A DNA stretch of 63,379 nucleotides, filler included, from Neolecta irregularis DAH-3 (lineage: Eukaryota): the NCBI GenBank assembly GCA_001929475.1. It is 11 parts of 11 records of this genome, joined end to end, with 100 filler letters (N's around TTAATTAATTAA, not from the genome) between each part and the next. Parts side by side here need not be neighbours in the genome. Positions count along the whole stretch, not along the records: positions 44,497 to 54,964 come from LXFE01000568.1; positions 55,065 to 60,573 come from LXFE01004144.1; positions 60,674 to 61,814 come from LXFE01000579.1; 8 more parts are not named here. One strand, given 5' to 3'. The notes beneath the pieces are model-generated. The model did no database searches. It worked only from the letters and a program-made list of their open reading frames with translations, and was not told the origin of the DNA. Positions 48,563 through 61,580 of the stretch are shown here, piece by piece (the stretch's first letter is position 1; each line of letters begins with the position of its first letter). The translations under genes and the position numbers were made by a program.

Positions 48563-50639
48563 CTACATCTTACTAGCGTTTTTTCCTCCCTGGATCTGTA
48601 TAGGGAGCATTCTTCTCAGGATCTTTCCGCTAGGGTTCCTTGGAACAGCATCAATGAGATGCACGCCACCTCTCAGTTGCTTGTATCCCGCCACTCGTTT
48701 ATCGGCCCAACGCTGGATTTCTTTGCATGTTTGCTGATTCCGATCTTCCTCCGCAAGAACAACATAGGCCAGAGGAACTTCAGTTGCTTCCTCAGGACAA
48801 TAATATGCGCAAACAGCGGCATCAAGGACTTTAGGGTGTGTGAGAAGGAGACCCTCAAGTTCAGCAGGAGGAACTTGAAATCTGACCATGCTTAGATAAT
48901 CTCGGCGAAAGGTTAGTCATACCCCTTGTATTTTATTAGCTCTTTCTTGCGGTCAACAACGTAGCAGAGACCGTTTTTGTCGATATAAGCGATGTCTCCA
49001 CTACTGTACCAGCCATCAGAAGACAGCACACCAATATTGTTGAGATCACCAACATAACCCCTGGATTATCGGTCAGTTTCTATTAACAGAGCATACATCA
49101 TGACATTCGGCCCTCGAACCAAGAGTTCCCCAGTTTCGTTAATCCCGAGATCTTTTCCAGTGTTGTCATCAACGATACGAGCTTCCCTAGATATTCAGTT
49201 CAATAAGGGGGAGAAAGGAACATGTTGGGAACCAGCGTCCCGACAGTTCCAGTAAATCCGTGATCAGCAATCCGTTGCAGGTGGGTTACTGGGGAAGCTT
49301 CTGTCATTCCGTACACTGCGATGGCTAAACATATTTCAATGACACAATTTACTTTGAAGAATCCTAGAGCGTGGTAAACGAGCCATAAGCCGTTCCTGGA
49401 GATCCTTCTACGAATATTAGCAGGGAAGGACAGTGATTTGTACCTTGAGTGGTGCAGCAGCGCAAGAAAGGACTTCTAAACTGGACAAGTCATATTTTGA
49501 AACCACTGGTGATGTAGCAAGTGCTAACGCCACTATAGGTGTGAGACGTAGTACCTCATGGTACTGGTACCAGGAGGGACAATATGCTGCCACGTTGCCT
49601 TGTATTTCTCAATTAACTAGTGAGTCACCAACTGCTAAGCACCCTAATACCTGGCAGAGCCTTTCTATCTCAAAAGCATGTAGAGCAATCACTAAATTCC
49701 CAATGTAAGGACATAAGCAGAGTACAATCCCTACGCCATATATATGGCAGACTAGAGTTAACAAATGTTCTTGTGAAAGAGCATACAAGGCTAGATATTA
49801 GCAAGGTATACAGACGAGGAGCAGAACACACAGGAAAGAAGACTTCTCTTGTGCCAGCATGGACCTGTTCTGGGTCTTCCGCAGCAATTTGCATAGAATT
49901 GGCAATCATGTTGTGGTGGGATAGTCGAACGCCCTTAGTGTTTTAGATACAACTAGTTAGTGGATTTATGCTTGCCTTGATAGTCCCCGTTGTGCCGCTG
50001 CTGAGGCCTATGAAAGCCTGGACCTCTCTGTTGTTGGTACATCTGAATGGTGGTGCTCGCTCTTCGCCAATAAATGAGTCTATCTGGGCCTTCAATGAAG
50101 AAATCGGGGAGGTATACGTTTGGATGATGGGCAACGCTGTCGACCAGGATCACGATTTTGGGCGAGATGAAGCTGTTGGTCTTGGATGCAATGGCGAGAG
50201 CCTCCTGGACCTTGTCTAGAGCCAGAGGATGGACGAAGATAAAACCGGGATTTGAAAAGGAGAGAGCATATTCGATTTCCGTGGCGGTGAGTGCCGGGTT
50301 TATGGGACTGTATGCTCTTAGTGAATATTGCTGGTGGAAGATATGATACGCAACAGCTGCTCCGGCCCAGAGCACGCCGTGAGTTGCCAAGAAGAAGTCG
50401 ACGCAGTTTGGAGCAATAATTGCTGCTGCATCACGCTCGCGCAGTCCCGCCGCCTTCAGCCCGGCTGCAAGTCGGGCTGCAGTGTCCCGGACACCTCCAA
50501 AAGTCACCTTCTTGGTGGATAAGGTATCCTCCATGATAACTTTACCTGCATGCACATTATATGGATTGCTTTTGATCAACCACTCTGAGATAGAGCAGTC
50601 TGTGGGAATGGAGATCGTTTGACTGGCCTTGAATATCAT
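48563..50639 (-). CDS. 4-coumarate/phenylacetate-CoA ligase-like AMP-binding enzyme with PTS1-like -SKM
   Basis: [80 protein letters not shown] and C-terminal ASKM. Confidence 0.93.
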
Positions 50640-51283
50640 GTCGGATGGTCAAGGGAAACGGACAAGTAGTAAATTGCGGGGTTCATCACTTGACTCCGAG
50701 AACGTGATTGAGCGGCTACATTAGGCAAGATCTGCGACATTAATCATTAAGAGATAAAAGCTGTAGAGTTTCGAGGATTCTGGGACGGCCTCGAGGAAAT
50801 GAAAAAAACTATTTCTGGGATTCGTGGTGTGGATAGATAAAGAAAGCATTATCCACCGAGTCCTACAAACGGGCAACGAGCTACAGAACTACTTGAAAAA
50901 TAACACAGAAAACGCCACTCCACCAGTAGCAACTACAATGGAACCTGCTGATAATGAATGTGGCGTTCGAGGGTGTTGAGTTCGTTATAAGGCGGATTCA
51001 TTCTAAAGTCAAACCTGGTTACAGTCGAAGCTGGCTATAGGGAACCTCCGTATAACGAATCCAACCATCTACAAAAATTAATTTGTATTGAGAAATATCA
51101 CTCTTCTTTTATTTCCATTAAAACTAGACGAAAATAGCGACAATGATGGATAATAGTCTTTCATTTCAAAAATTGGCGATTGTGTTAGTTGGTTGGTGGT
51201 CACTGTTATTCCCATCGACTCACCGCCAAAAAAGTTTTACTCGACAATTGTTCGAATAACGAATCCGAACGATTCCTCAGAAC

Positions 51284-54200
51284 ATGCCAGTGCCCACGTT
51301 TGACACACTGAGACGCGAGCAATCCTTTAGGCATCCGCCTACAGATGTTTCGGCATTTCCAGCATTACATGAGGCTATCTCGCCCCATATTGATTCATTC
51401 AATGCTATGACCGAGGAAAGACTATTGGAAAAGGCAGTTGAGGACATTGGAAAGAAATGTGCTTTCGACGGTCTAGATGGGAAGCTAGGAAATAAACTTT
51501 CATGCAAGATCCTAGAGCGAACAACACATTGCTAAATAGACAAGTCTGGGTTTCAGAAGTGCAGATATCGAAACCTATGGTCCCCGCAAAAGATCGCGCA
51601 TCAATTAATCGCAAAGTTTATCCTAGCGAGGTATGGAGTAGTTACATTATGCTTTCTCATCACAGTGCCGAGAACGATTAACGTCATATCGCGGTCGATT
51701 AATTCTTCAACTTAAATTACAACTGAGCGATGGGATCGAGCATACCGAAGCTAAAGATGCCGGCCCATTACCTATTCTCGTGCGCTCAAACCGATGTCAC
51801 ACACAAAATCTCCCACCATCAGAACTTGTCTTGCGTGGAGAAGAATCTGAAGAATTAGGAGGTTATTTTATTGTTAACGGGATCGAAAAAGTGGTCCGCA
51901 TGTTAATTGTCACGAAGCGCAATCATCCTTTAGCTATTGTTCGACCTTCATTCGCCAATAAGGGCAAAAATTACTCTCAATTCGGAATTCAAATTCGATG
52001 TGTCAGAGAAGATCAAAGCGGCCAAACGAACACTCTCCACTATCTCACCGACGGGACCGCTGTTTTACGGTTCAGCTGGAGGAAAAATGAATACCTTGTG
52101 CCATTTGTCATGATTCTTAAGGCATGCGTGGACTGCAGCGATAAAGAAATCTTTGACGCAATCGTCGGTACGGAAAAAGACAATACGTTCTTAACGGATC
52201 GCGTGGAATTACTTCTGAGGGGCTACAAGCCGTACCAGTTATATAGCAAGAAGGAAACACTTCAGTTTCTCGGCGAAAAGTTTCGCGTGGTTCTCGCTGT
52301 TGCAGAAGATATGTCAGATGAAGACGTTGGTGGAGAACTTTTACGAAAGATTATACTTATTCATCTAAAGGACTGGAGAGACAAATTTCGTTTATTGATG
52401 TACTCTCACTTTCAACCCTCAGATCTGATACTTAGCTTCACGATTCGCAAATTATATGCCCTTGTTGCTGGAGATTGTGCTGCTGACAGCCCTGATTCCC
52501 CTCAACATCAAGAAATTCTCCTCGGCGGTTTTCTATACAACATGATCATCAAAGAAAAAATCGAAGACTATCTTAATGCTCTGCGACAGCAAATGTTGCA
52601 AGATGTATCCAAGAAAACTGCGAATTTCCACGACAAAAAGTACATTAGTAAAGTCTTTACAAAAGTTAACGCAGATATTGGTTCCAAGTTGACATATTTC
52701 TTGTCTACTGGGAACCTTGTTTCCAATAGTGGTTTAGATTTACAGCAGACGACAGGATACACTATTGTTGCCGAGAAGATTAACTTTTATCGATATCTCA
52801 GTCACTTTAGATGTGTTCATCGAGGTAGCTTCTTTGCTGAACTCAAGACAACAACAGTACGCAAGTTGTTGCCTGAAGCTTGGGGTTTGTTCCTGCTTTC
52901 CAGCCCTGATTTCTTCCCATTCTAGGGTTTTTATGCCCCGTTCACACGCCCGATGGATCTCCTTGTGGTCTTCTCAACCACCTTGCCCATCAGTGCAAAG
53001 TAATTACTTCTCAGCCGGATGTCTCAGCTCTCCCGTCTCTTCTTGTTAATCTCGGAATTTCTAAACCCTCCGTTATTCTCACATCGGCTCATAAAGTCTG
53101 TATACAACTCGATGGGAAGATCATTGGCTGGTGCACACATAACTTGGGAAAACACATTGCGGAAACACTTCGTTATTGGAAAATTAATGACGAGCATAAT
53201 GTCCCGAAAAGTTTAGAAATTGGATATGTGCCTAAAAGTAATGGTGGTCAATATCCAGGTCTCTATCTCTTCTCGACTCCCGCTCGAATGGTTAGGCCAG
53301 TACGACATCTGGCTACCGACAAGGAAGATCTTGTAGGACCTTTTGAACAAGTATATATGGAGATTGCTTGTATGCCTCAAGATATTCACAAAGAAACGAC
53401 GCATATCGAATTTAAACCTTCCAATATGCTCAGTATCATCGCAAATCTTACTCCATTCTCCGATTTCAATCAGAGCCCTCGCAACATGTATCAATGCCAG
53501 ATGGGTAAACAGACCATGGGGACTCCCGGCAGCGCAATAGCTAAACGCACGGATAACAAGATATATCGTCTCCAGACTGCTCAGACGCCTATCGTTCGTC
53601 CAAAGCTTCATGACATTTATGGATTTGATCATTATCCGAATGGAACAAATGCAGTTGTAGCAGTGATAAGTTATACTGGATATGACATGGAAGATGCTAT
53701 GATTCTCAATAAGTCTGCACATGAGCGTGGTTTTGGATACGGCACATTGTACAAGTCCGAAATCGTCGATCTTTCTAAATATGGGAAGGGAACTGTCCAT
53801 TTCGGTTTCGGAACAAACCGCATTGAACGCTGGAGACAGACGTTGGACGAGGACGGGTACCCTATGCTCGGAGCTAAACTCTCCAGCGGTGACCCAGTTG
53901 CTGCATATTGGGATGAAATAACTGGACAAACCAAGTGCGAGACATATCATGGAACCGAAGATGCATATATCGATGAAGTGCGCTTATTAGGTAACGATAC
54001 TGGTGACTCGGAATGTCAGATTATCCACGTTAAACTTCGGATCACTCGATCGCCTACGATTGGTGACAAATTCTCCTCTCGTCATGGACAGAAAGGTGTT
54101 TGTTCTCAAAAGTGGCCAGCGGTCGATATGCCTTTTACGGAGAGTGGAATGCAACCGGATGTGATCATTAATCCCCATGCCTTTCCTTCCCGTATGACTA

Positions 54201-54948
54201 TTGGTATGTTTGTTGAGAGTTTAGCTGGAAAGGCTGGTGCCTTGCATGGGATGTGCCAAGACTCAACGCCATTCACGTACAAAATTATTTAAAGTTTATC
54301 ACCTTTTACAGTTAGATTTAATGAGGAAGATACTGCTGCAGATTTCTTTGGGCATCAACTCGTCAAAGCGGGATATAATTATCGCAAGTGTTTCCAGTTA
54401 GAAATCATCCTTACGATTCAGATGGGAACGAACCTATGTATAGTGGCATCACCGGCCACGAAATGTACGCAGATATCTATATCGGTGTCGTCTACTATCA
54501 GCGTCTTCGACACATGGTCAACGATAAGTTTCAAGTTCGAACAGTTGGTCCCATCCATAATCTCACGCACCAGCCTGTGAAAGGTCGGAAGCGAGGAGGT
54601 GGTATTCGTTTCGGAGAAATGGAACGCGATGCTATCATTGCTCACGGTTCTTCTTTCATTCTTCAAGATCGCTTGCTCAATTGCTCCGATTATACCCAAA
54701 GCTGGATCTGCAAGGCTTGTGGAACATTCTTCGGTATTTGTTCGAGTGTGGGTTTTGATTCTAAAGTTCGTTGTCGTGCGTGCGCAATGACCGCTACCGG
54801 GTTTGAAGACGGGATTTGGGAAGATGGACAGGGAAATAAGTGGGTTGGCGGTGAGGATGTCACCGTTGTTACTCTTCCCTATGTCTTCAAGTATCTTACA
54901 GCGGAATTGGCCGCTATGGGTATCAAACTTTCTGCTAAAATCGAATGA
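51284..54948 (+). CDS. RPA135: RNA polymerase I second-largest subunit
   Basis: FDTLRRE..FRHPP, PHIDSFN, GGYFIVNGIEK, SHFRCVHRGSFF, LCPVHTPDGSPCGLLNHL, NQSPRNMYQCQM, GDKFSSRHGQKG, YYQRLRHMVNDK, RFGEMERD. Confidence 0.98.
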
Positions 54949-55867
54949 TAATTAAAAATTGTTANNNNNNNNNNNNNNNNNNNNNNNNNNNNNNNNNNNN
55001 NNNNNNNNTTAATTAATTAANNNNNNNNNNNNNNNNNNNNNNNNNNNNNNNNNNNNNNNNNNNNATCCTCACGGCCCGATCGATCAAATACTCCGCAAGA
55101 AGAGCTAGTGAGCTCAATGAGGAGATGTACCGAAGGGATGAGGCTCCGTAGAGGAAGGAGCCAATAGGCAGCAGCGAAGCGCGCCTCAAGGAATTACTAT
55201 ACAAGTAGGTCCGCGTCTGACTAGCAGAGGGACTTTAACCGTGTAAATTGATTATAAACGTAGTTACCTTTACTCAAAGTAGCTGCCGTCTTATCAACAT
55301 ACCAACCTAAGTCCACGAGCGACAAAAAGGAACACCTGAACGCTCACATATATGTTAACCAGTCCATCTATCCAATAACATCTAGCAGAGCTGGATCGAA
55401 ATTTTTATCAAGGATGATTTCCTCGACACTTGATTAAAGGAGTCTAGAAGTATATATAGATACATTCCTGTTGACTTGGGATATCAGCGATTTCATCCTC
55501 TCTCTATTCACGAACTGGGGCAAGATCAGCAAACACATCGGAATCCAATGTCGTTCAAAAATTCAGTGCAATGGCCGTTCGATTGAGAACGGATTTGATG
55601 AATGTCAAGAACAGTGTGAGTCTAACATTGTGGATTTATGAATATAACACTATTTGGCATAGGGTCAGATCATTTGAGCAATCAAAGATTGAATTATTCT
55701 CAAAGATGTGTTGGTGAGTTGGGTCTCCATATTGGAGAGTGAAATCCAGAGATAGGCAAGTCGACAGATTAGAGGAGCCACAATTTTGCCGCCAATTTTT
55801 TTCCGGTTCCCTACCACAGGTTATCCCAATTCAAACTACCAATCCATATCTTTCCTTTTCGGATAAA

Positions 55868-56774
55868 ATGTCCGCTTCAATCCAGGTATCCGTTCTACTG
55901 CATCTCTTGTACTCATGATTAAGAATCTGCGATCCAGATTATTCACTAGAGGAATTCGTAAGACGAGACTGCTACAACCAAAATCTCCGAAAACGCCCTC
56001 CCCGCCAGATCCAAAGGTTCCAAAGGTTCAAACCACGGGTAAAACAATCATTTCTGAGATAGTATGAACATGTAGCTTCTTTGATTTCACCCCCACGAGT
56101 GTTAACGACACTTCATGCCTTCCCTTCCCTAAAACCCATGTCGTTTACAACCTACCCTAGCGAATTTCTCGATCTTCGGACGCGTCGGGATATTTTACAT
56201 CGGGCAGTCGTATTTGAAGCAGATGCAGCGAGACAAGGAACGGCAAGTACAAAGACTCGTAGTGAAGTCCGTGGTTCAAACATCAAGCTTAGAAAGCAGA
56301 AAGGCTCTGGAAGAGCTCGAGTTGGTGACCGAAGAGCTCCGCAGAGAAGACATGGTTTGTTGTAATGTTTAGAACGGATCTAACAAGAAAGGCGGTGTTG
56401 TATTTGGACCAAAGCCCAGGGATTTTTCCACCCATTTACCGCGGAAAGTGTACCAGCTAGCATATCGAACGGCTCTCTCGGTAAAATACAAACGAGGCAT
56501 TCTTACTGTACTTGAAAACCATGCAGGAATATCAACATTCAAAACGCAACATATCCTCCAATTATTACAGTTTCATGGATGGACAAAGGAGAATGGAAGG
56601 GTGTTGATTATCACGGACGATCGGCGGAGGAAGATTGAACTTGGGATGCGGAACCTCGGAATGCATGGACATGTCAAGCTCAAAGAAGATATAGAAGTGC
56701 GAGATCTGCTCAAGTACGAAAGGATTATTATAGAACGGAAGGCGTTGGACTGGCTGCAGGAAAGAACAACTTAA
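55868..56774 (+). CDS. YML6: Mitochondrial ribosomal protein uL4m
   Basis: [72 protein letters not shown]. Confidence 0.94.
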
Positions 56775-56898
56775 TGGATGCTCAAGTATATAGCGAGGTA
56801 AAAGAGGGGTCGGAGTTTCCCGGAAAAAAATAAAAAAGTTCACGGTTATTCCTGCCTCATAAACCATCGTCATTTGTTCCACTTTGTGATTGTATCCA

Positions 56899-58215
56899 AT
56901 GACCTCGCTGCGTCCGATCGATCGGTTCCTCCTTTCCTGCTGTTGCAATACCCAGTGGTTTTCACGGCAGTTCTCAGTTCAGCGGTGTCTTCAAAATATT
57001 GCCGCCGAGCTCGCTCCATCAACTGAGCAACCTGTCCTTCTTTCTGTCAAAGCAACAGAGAAAAAGCAAGTAGCGTCATCACCCCAATCATCTACCTCTC
57101 AAACTCTCCCCGAATTCAAGCGAAAATCACCACCATTTCGTTGGCCAAAGACCGGGGTAAATCCAGCATATGATGAAGCCTTGAAAATCTTGGATGAAAA
57201 CAGACTACAAATTGGGAAAAGAATCAAAATTCAACAAACCCGTATTGCGGCGAGGATAAAAAGCAAATTCCCGACGTGAATCATGGTTAATTTGGGGTAG
57301 TAATCGAAACAAGACCAGATAAAGCAGCTACATTGATTGATCTTGAAGAGCATCTCGAAAAACTCAGAGTATTACAGGATAAGGACAATCCCGAGATTCG
57401 TTGGAAATTTTCCAAGGGCTATGGTTTATCAGTTTTATGTGTCGAGCTAATACTAGTGAATTTGGAACGACCTATTTATCGCTATCTATCCCAAGAAAAA
57501 TGGAAGTCGAGAGCTCTTCCTATACTCTTGCAACGTCTTGAAACGATGAACGTCATTCCCGATACGTTGCCATCAATTAAACCTATCGTCGACGTCAAAC
57601 TACGATTTCCTGGTGAAACGTATGAGACTGAAGATGGATGGATGGAGCCGGGTGTTTTCGTGACTACTACCATCGCAGAGAAGATTCCCATACTTGAGAT
57701 TATCCCGTTTATTGAGGGCGAAAAGAAGTATACCATCTGCATGATCGACCCAGGCACGTTTTGAGTAGCTTCAAGAGTCAGTACTGATTTGCATAGATGC
57801 CCCGGATATTGAAAAAGCTGGGTTCACAACGTTGTTACACTGGCTAGTGTATGCCGCCCTGTATATCTACAACCTAATCAAATACAGAACAGACATTCCC
57901 ATCACACATCTGTCGCACGCAGTCAACCTGTCCAACGGCAAAACTCAGCTCCCGTACCTCCCGCCCCATCCATACAAAGGAATGGAATACCACCGATACA
58001 CGCTTTTTGTGTTTGAACAGCCCGCATCAACGCCTGGCCTGCCTGAGGCCCCTCCGCCACCCCGAGAACATTTCGATATCCGGTCGTTTATGGAGGAGCG
58101 GCGACTACAGGCAGTCGGAGCACATATGTTTCGAAGCAAGTACGACGACTATATGCCGCTACTAGTACAAAAGTATGGCCTGGACTGGAAGGCATTTGAG
58201 CGGGAGCAGGCATAG
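56899..58215 (+). CDS. MRPL35: Mitochondrial ribosomal protein mL38 (PEBP domain)
   Basis: NPAYDEAL, NPEIRWKF, PIYRYL..EKW, LQRLETMNVIPDTLP, MIDPDAPD..FTTLLHW, YLPPHPYKG..YHRY, GAHMFR. Confidence 0.94.
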
Positions 58216-58229
58216 AGCTGGTATATGAG

Positions 58230-58312
58230 TATTTGTGCGTATTGCGTATTGTGCGTATTGTGCGTATTGTGCGTATTGTGCGTATTGTGCGTATTGTGCG
58301 TATTGTGCGTAT
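58230..58312. repeat. (GCGTATTGT)n minisatellite in the 3' region of MRPL35
   Basis: About eight 9-bp units. Confidence 0.95.
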
Positions 58313-58632
58313 TTGTAGGCGTGTATACATATTGGACAGGGTTGCGCAATGGATGAGTGTGGCTGCAACGCCCATGCGCTTGGACCTCGTGTCGGGCTTC
58401 GNNNNNNNNNNTGTAGGCGTGTATACATATTGAACAGGGTTGCGCAATGGATGAGTGTGGCTGCAACGCCCATGCGCTTGGACCTCGTGTCGGGCTTCGC
58501 TTGTTTCAAACCTCCACCTCCATCTTCCTCCATATCTCGCTGAATCTAAACTCCATCCGATTTCCTATTTATTAGCCTCGCCTCCTATTAGTTATCTGAT
58601 CTATTTATTGACCATCTCCTTACTATCGCCCT

Positions 58633-60480
58633 ATGGCATCTATGCCAGAAGCTCGCATTATGCGAGGTACCTCTCCGCTTACAGCGGTTCTAAATGTTCA
58701 GTGAAAATCCTTTATACATTTGACGCTGCCCACCAACTCATCTGCATTGCGCGTCCCGCGTCAGAGCTTTTGGCTCATATCATTCCCTCGGACAGCAATA
58801 TACGTGTTGGCCTCGTCGATTTACAGGCATGTGTCTCCGCCATTTGTGTTGCAAGGTATCTCCCGCGTGGAGTTTCGCGTTTTGACGTGTTTTCAGTCCC
58901 GAGCTGATATCTGACCACTGCACAGAGTATACAATTTATTCCAAGGATCTTATCGAGGTTGGTGAGCCATTGACTGGCCATGGCATGCTCAGAAAGGTTT
59001 TGGCTGAAGGAAACGAATTAGTCATGGGAAAGATTGCCTTGATGCCCGAGATGAAGGACGGGCAATGGGCTCAAGTGGAAGTTATCACAATTGGTCTGCG
59101 CTTCTCAAAAGTATGTTCTGGGAGCTGTTGTCAATTGATGGAATCAGGTTGCTATTCCCCCAGAAATTCAAGAACATTCGATCGACCCTGTAACGTGGGC
59201 ATCTTGGCTCCGAACCGTTGCCCATGGCGAAGCTACGCAATTGAAAGCGCGTCCGAAGACAGCTGAAGGGCAAACTGATACCGATTCGCGGGATTCGAGT
59301 GCTGCACCCTCGTCTAGGAGTAGGGGACGATCCAGGTCTCGAATGAAGAATGCAGCGCCTTGTGATGTTGACTTTTCTCAACCCTGGCGAGTCGAACAAA
59401 ATCATGATACACCCGCTGTCAATTCTTCGCCGCCAGTTATTTACGATAGCCCCCAATTGCCTCCATATGCGGAGAACCAAGAGAATACCCCTGATGAACT
59501 GATTCTGCCTTGTGCTGTAGAAGAGGGGAAGAAGGAACCTTTGCAGAAAGCAAACGCTAAAGAGCTAATGAATCCTCGGTCAAAGGACAAGATTGAAGCT
59601 AAACTGATAAAATCCATTGCGGAAGGCATGAGATGTTGAGATGAGACCCAGCTTACAGACAGGTAAGATGCCGATGTTTTGCCATAACTGCGGGACTATA
59701 AGAACAACAGCGTGGAGGAAAGTCAAAGATGACGAGGGAAATGAAATGGTGCTGTGCAACCGTATATATTTCCTTCCACTGCTGTGCTCACTTTTGTCAG
59801 CATGTGGACTTTACAGTGCTAAATGGGGGAAACTGCGACCGCAGAACTTTTGGGAAAAGGATGAAGAGGCGAAACTCAAAGTATCGCGAAAACGAAAGAA
59901 ATGTGATGAGAATGCGGACGGGAATCCACGGGCACGAAAGAAGATGCATACGAGGCCACCGACGATGATGGAATTATTACAACCTTGTAGTCAGCCAAGA
60001 CAGATACAGTCTTCGCCTGTTCGGAGGAAATTTGAAGTGGGGACACCGCGCGAACCTCTATCCGAAATGGATTCTTTTTTCAACAGCCGACACCGAGCAA
60101 AAAAGGTGGCGACGCTTGATAAGGAGAACGAATGTCCTAAAACAGCGGAAGCGAAATCCGAGATTGACGTTCTCTTGCAGACGCCAACCAAGTCGACGGG
60201 CTCGAAAACATCACCTCGAGTGAATCTCTCTCCGTGGCGGACCAGCCTGTTTAGCCATACGAAAATTGCTACACCTCTGACGGTTCGAAAGTCATTTGAG
60301 TCGGCGCTATATAGTTCACCGCCGCAGCTATGCACCGACAAGACCAATTTTTGGAGCGAAACGCCGACGAGTCCAGTTGTGCTTTCTATAGCTGGAACAC
60401 TAGATTTTGAAGAGTTTTTTAAGAATCCTGGTGATGTGCTTGGAAGTGATATTGCCGGATTTTTAGGATCTGAGATGTAG
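58633..60480 (+). CDS. ams2: Ams2/Spt21-like GATA zinc-finger transcription factor
   Basis: N-terminal [42 protein letters not shown], and GATA finger [14 protein letters not shown]...LCNPCGLY..KWGKLRP. Confidence 0.85.
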
Positions 60481-61084
60481 ATAAGGGAATTGGAGTTAGA
60501 TTATAATGTAAGTGGATGTAAGTGAATGTAATTTCGAATGTATTCGAATGTACTGAATTGAATTGAATTGAATNNNNNNNNNNNNNNNNNNNNNNNNNNN
60601 NNNNNNNNNNNNNNNNNTTAATTAATTAANNNNNNNNNNNNNNNNNNNNNNNNNNNNNNNNNNNNNNNNNNNNTGCTTTCTCTTCATAACTAGCATTTAT
60701 TTCCTTTATCTTAGTATCACTTAGGTTTTCCACCTCATAGCGCAAGGAGGATTGAAGGGATATTCTGAAGAGTATGATCTATAGCAGGTTGGATGAGGGC
60801 ACTCAGTACACCTGTAGATCTACAGCTCAACAGGATTCCAAAAAAGATCTCGTACTTTACCATTTGCATATCCAAGTTTGATTATAATATTGCTTTTGAG
60901 TTCATTCTTAAATCGGACAGTCTGGACACCCAAAATTGCTTTGACGATGGTAGACTTTTATTAACATATCCATCCATAAGGTCTACATGACCTATATCTA
61001 TTAGTTTCTATTAAACAGAGAAACAAACCTATAGTCCCGATATTGAAAGTCACTTGTCGATTTTCAATTTAATGATTGATTCTC

Positions 61085-61580
61085 TTCTGACTCATACTTT
61101 GAGGAGAAGGGCAGAAGCAATGGGCGAGAGATCAGGGGGATAGCAGGCGAGGAGGGCAGGTGATAACGGGAAGAGGGCGGGGCAAAGAAGGATGAGGAGG
61201 GGGAGCAGTAACTGGCGAGGTGGACAGGTAGGACGATAGCAGGCGACGAGGGCAGGTGATAACAGGTGGGAAGGTCAGGCGATACTGGGCAATGAGCGCA
61301 GGCATTACCGGATGACGACGAGGAGGGGGAGGGGGAGGGTTAGCTGTGATAATGGGCGTGGAGGGTGGGGCAGGGTGAGGAGGGCAGGTGATGACATGTG
61401 AGAGGGCGGGCGATAATGGGCGAGAGGGTGGGATGAGAAAGGATGAGGAGGGGAAGGGGAGAAGTAGCCGACCAAGGATAAACTAGAGAGGATGAAGGAT
61501 GTGAGTGGGATGGGGGATGATTGGGAGATGTAGGGAGCAAGGAAATGGAGGCTGGCAGGAGGGGTGAAGTTGGGGGCATG
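61085..61580. repeat. Purine-skewed degenerate repeat
   Basis: gagggcaggtgat occurs three times, aaggatgaggagggg twice and aatgggcgagag twice. Confidence 0.65.

Noticed and set aside
48563-50639. 4CL-like ligase as a pseudogene or part of a secondary-metabolite cluster
   Set aside because: The apparent frameshifts are explained by short introns and a microexon. No PKS, NRPS or tailoring genes are adjacent.
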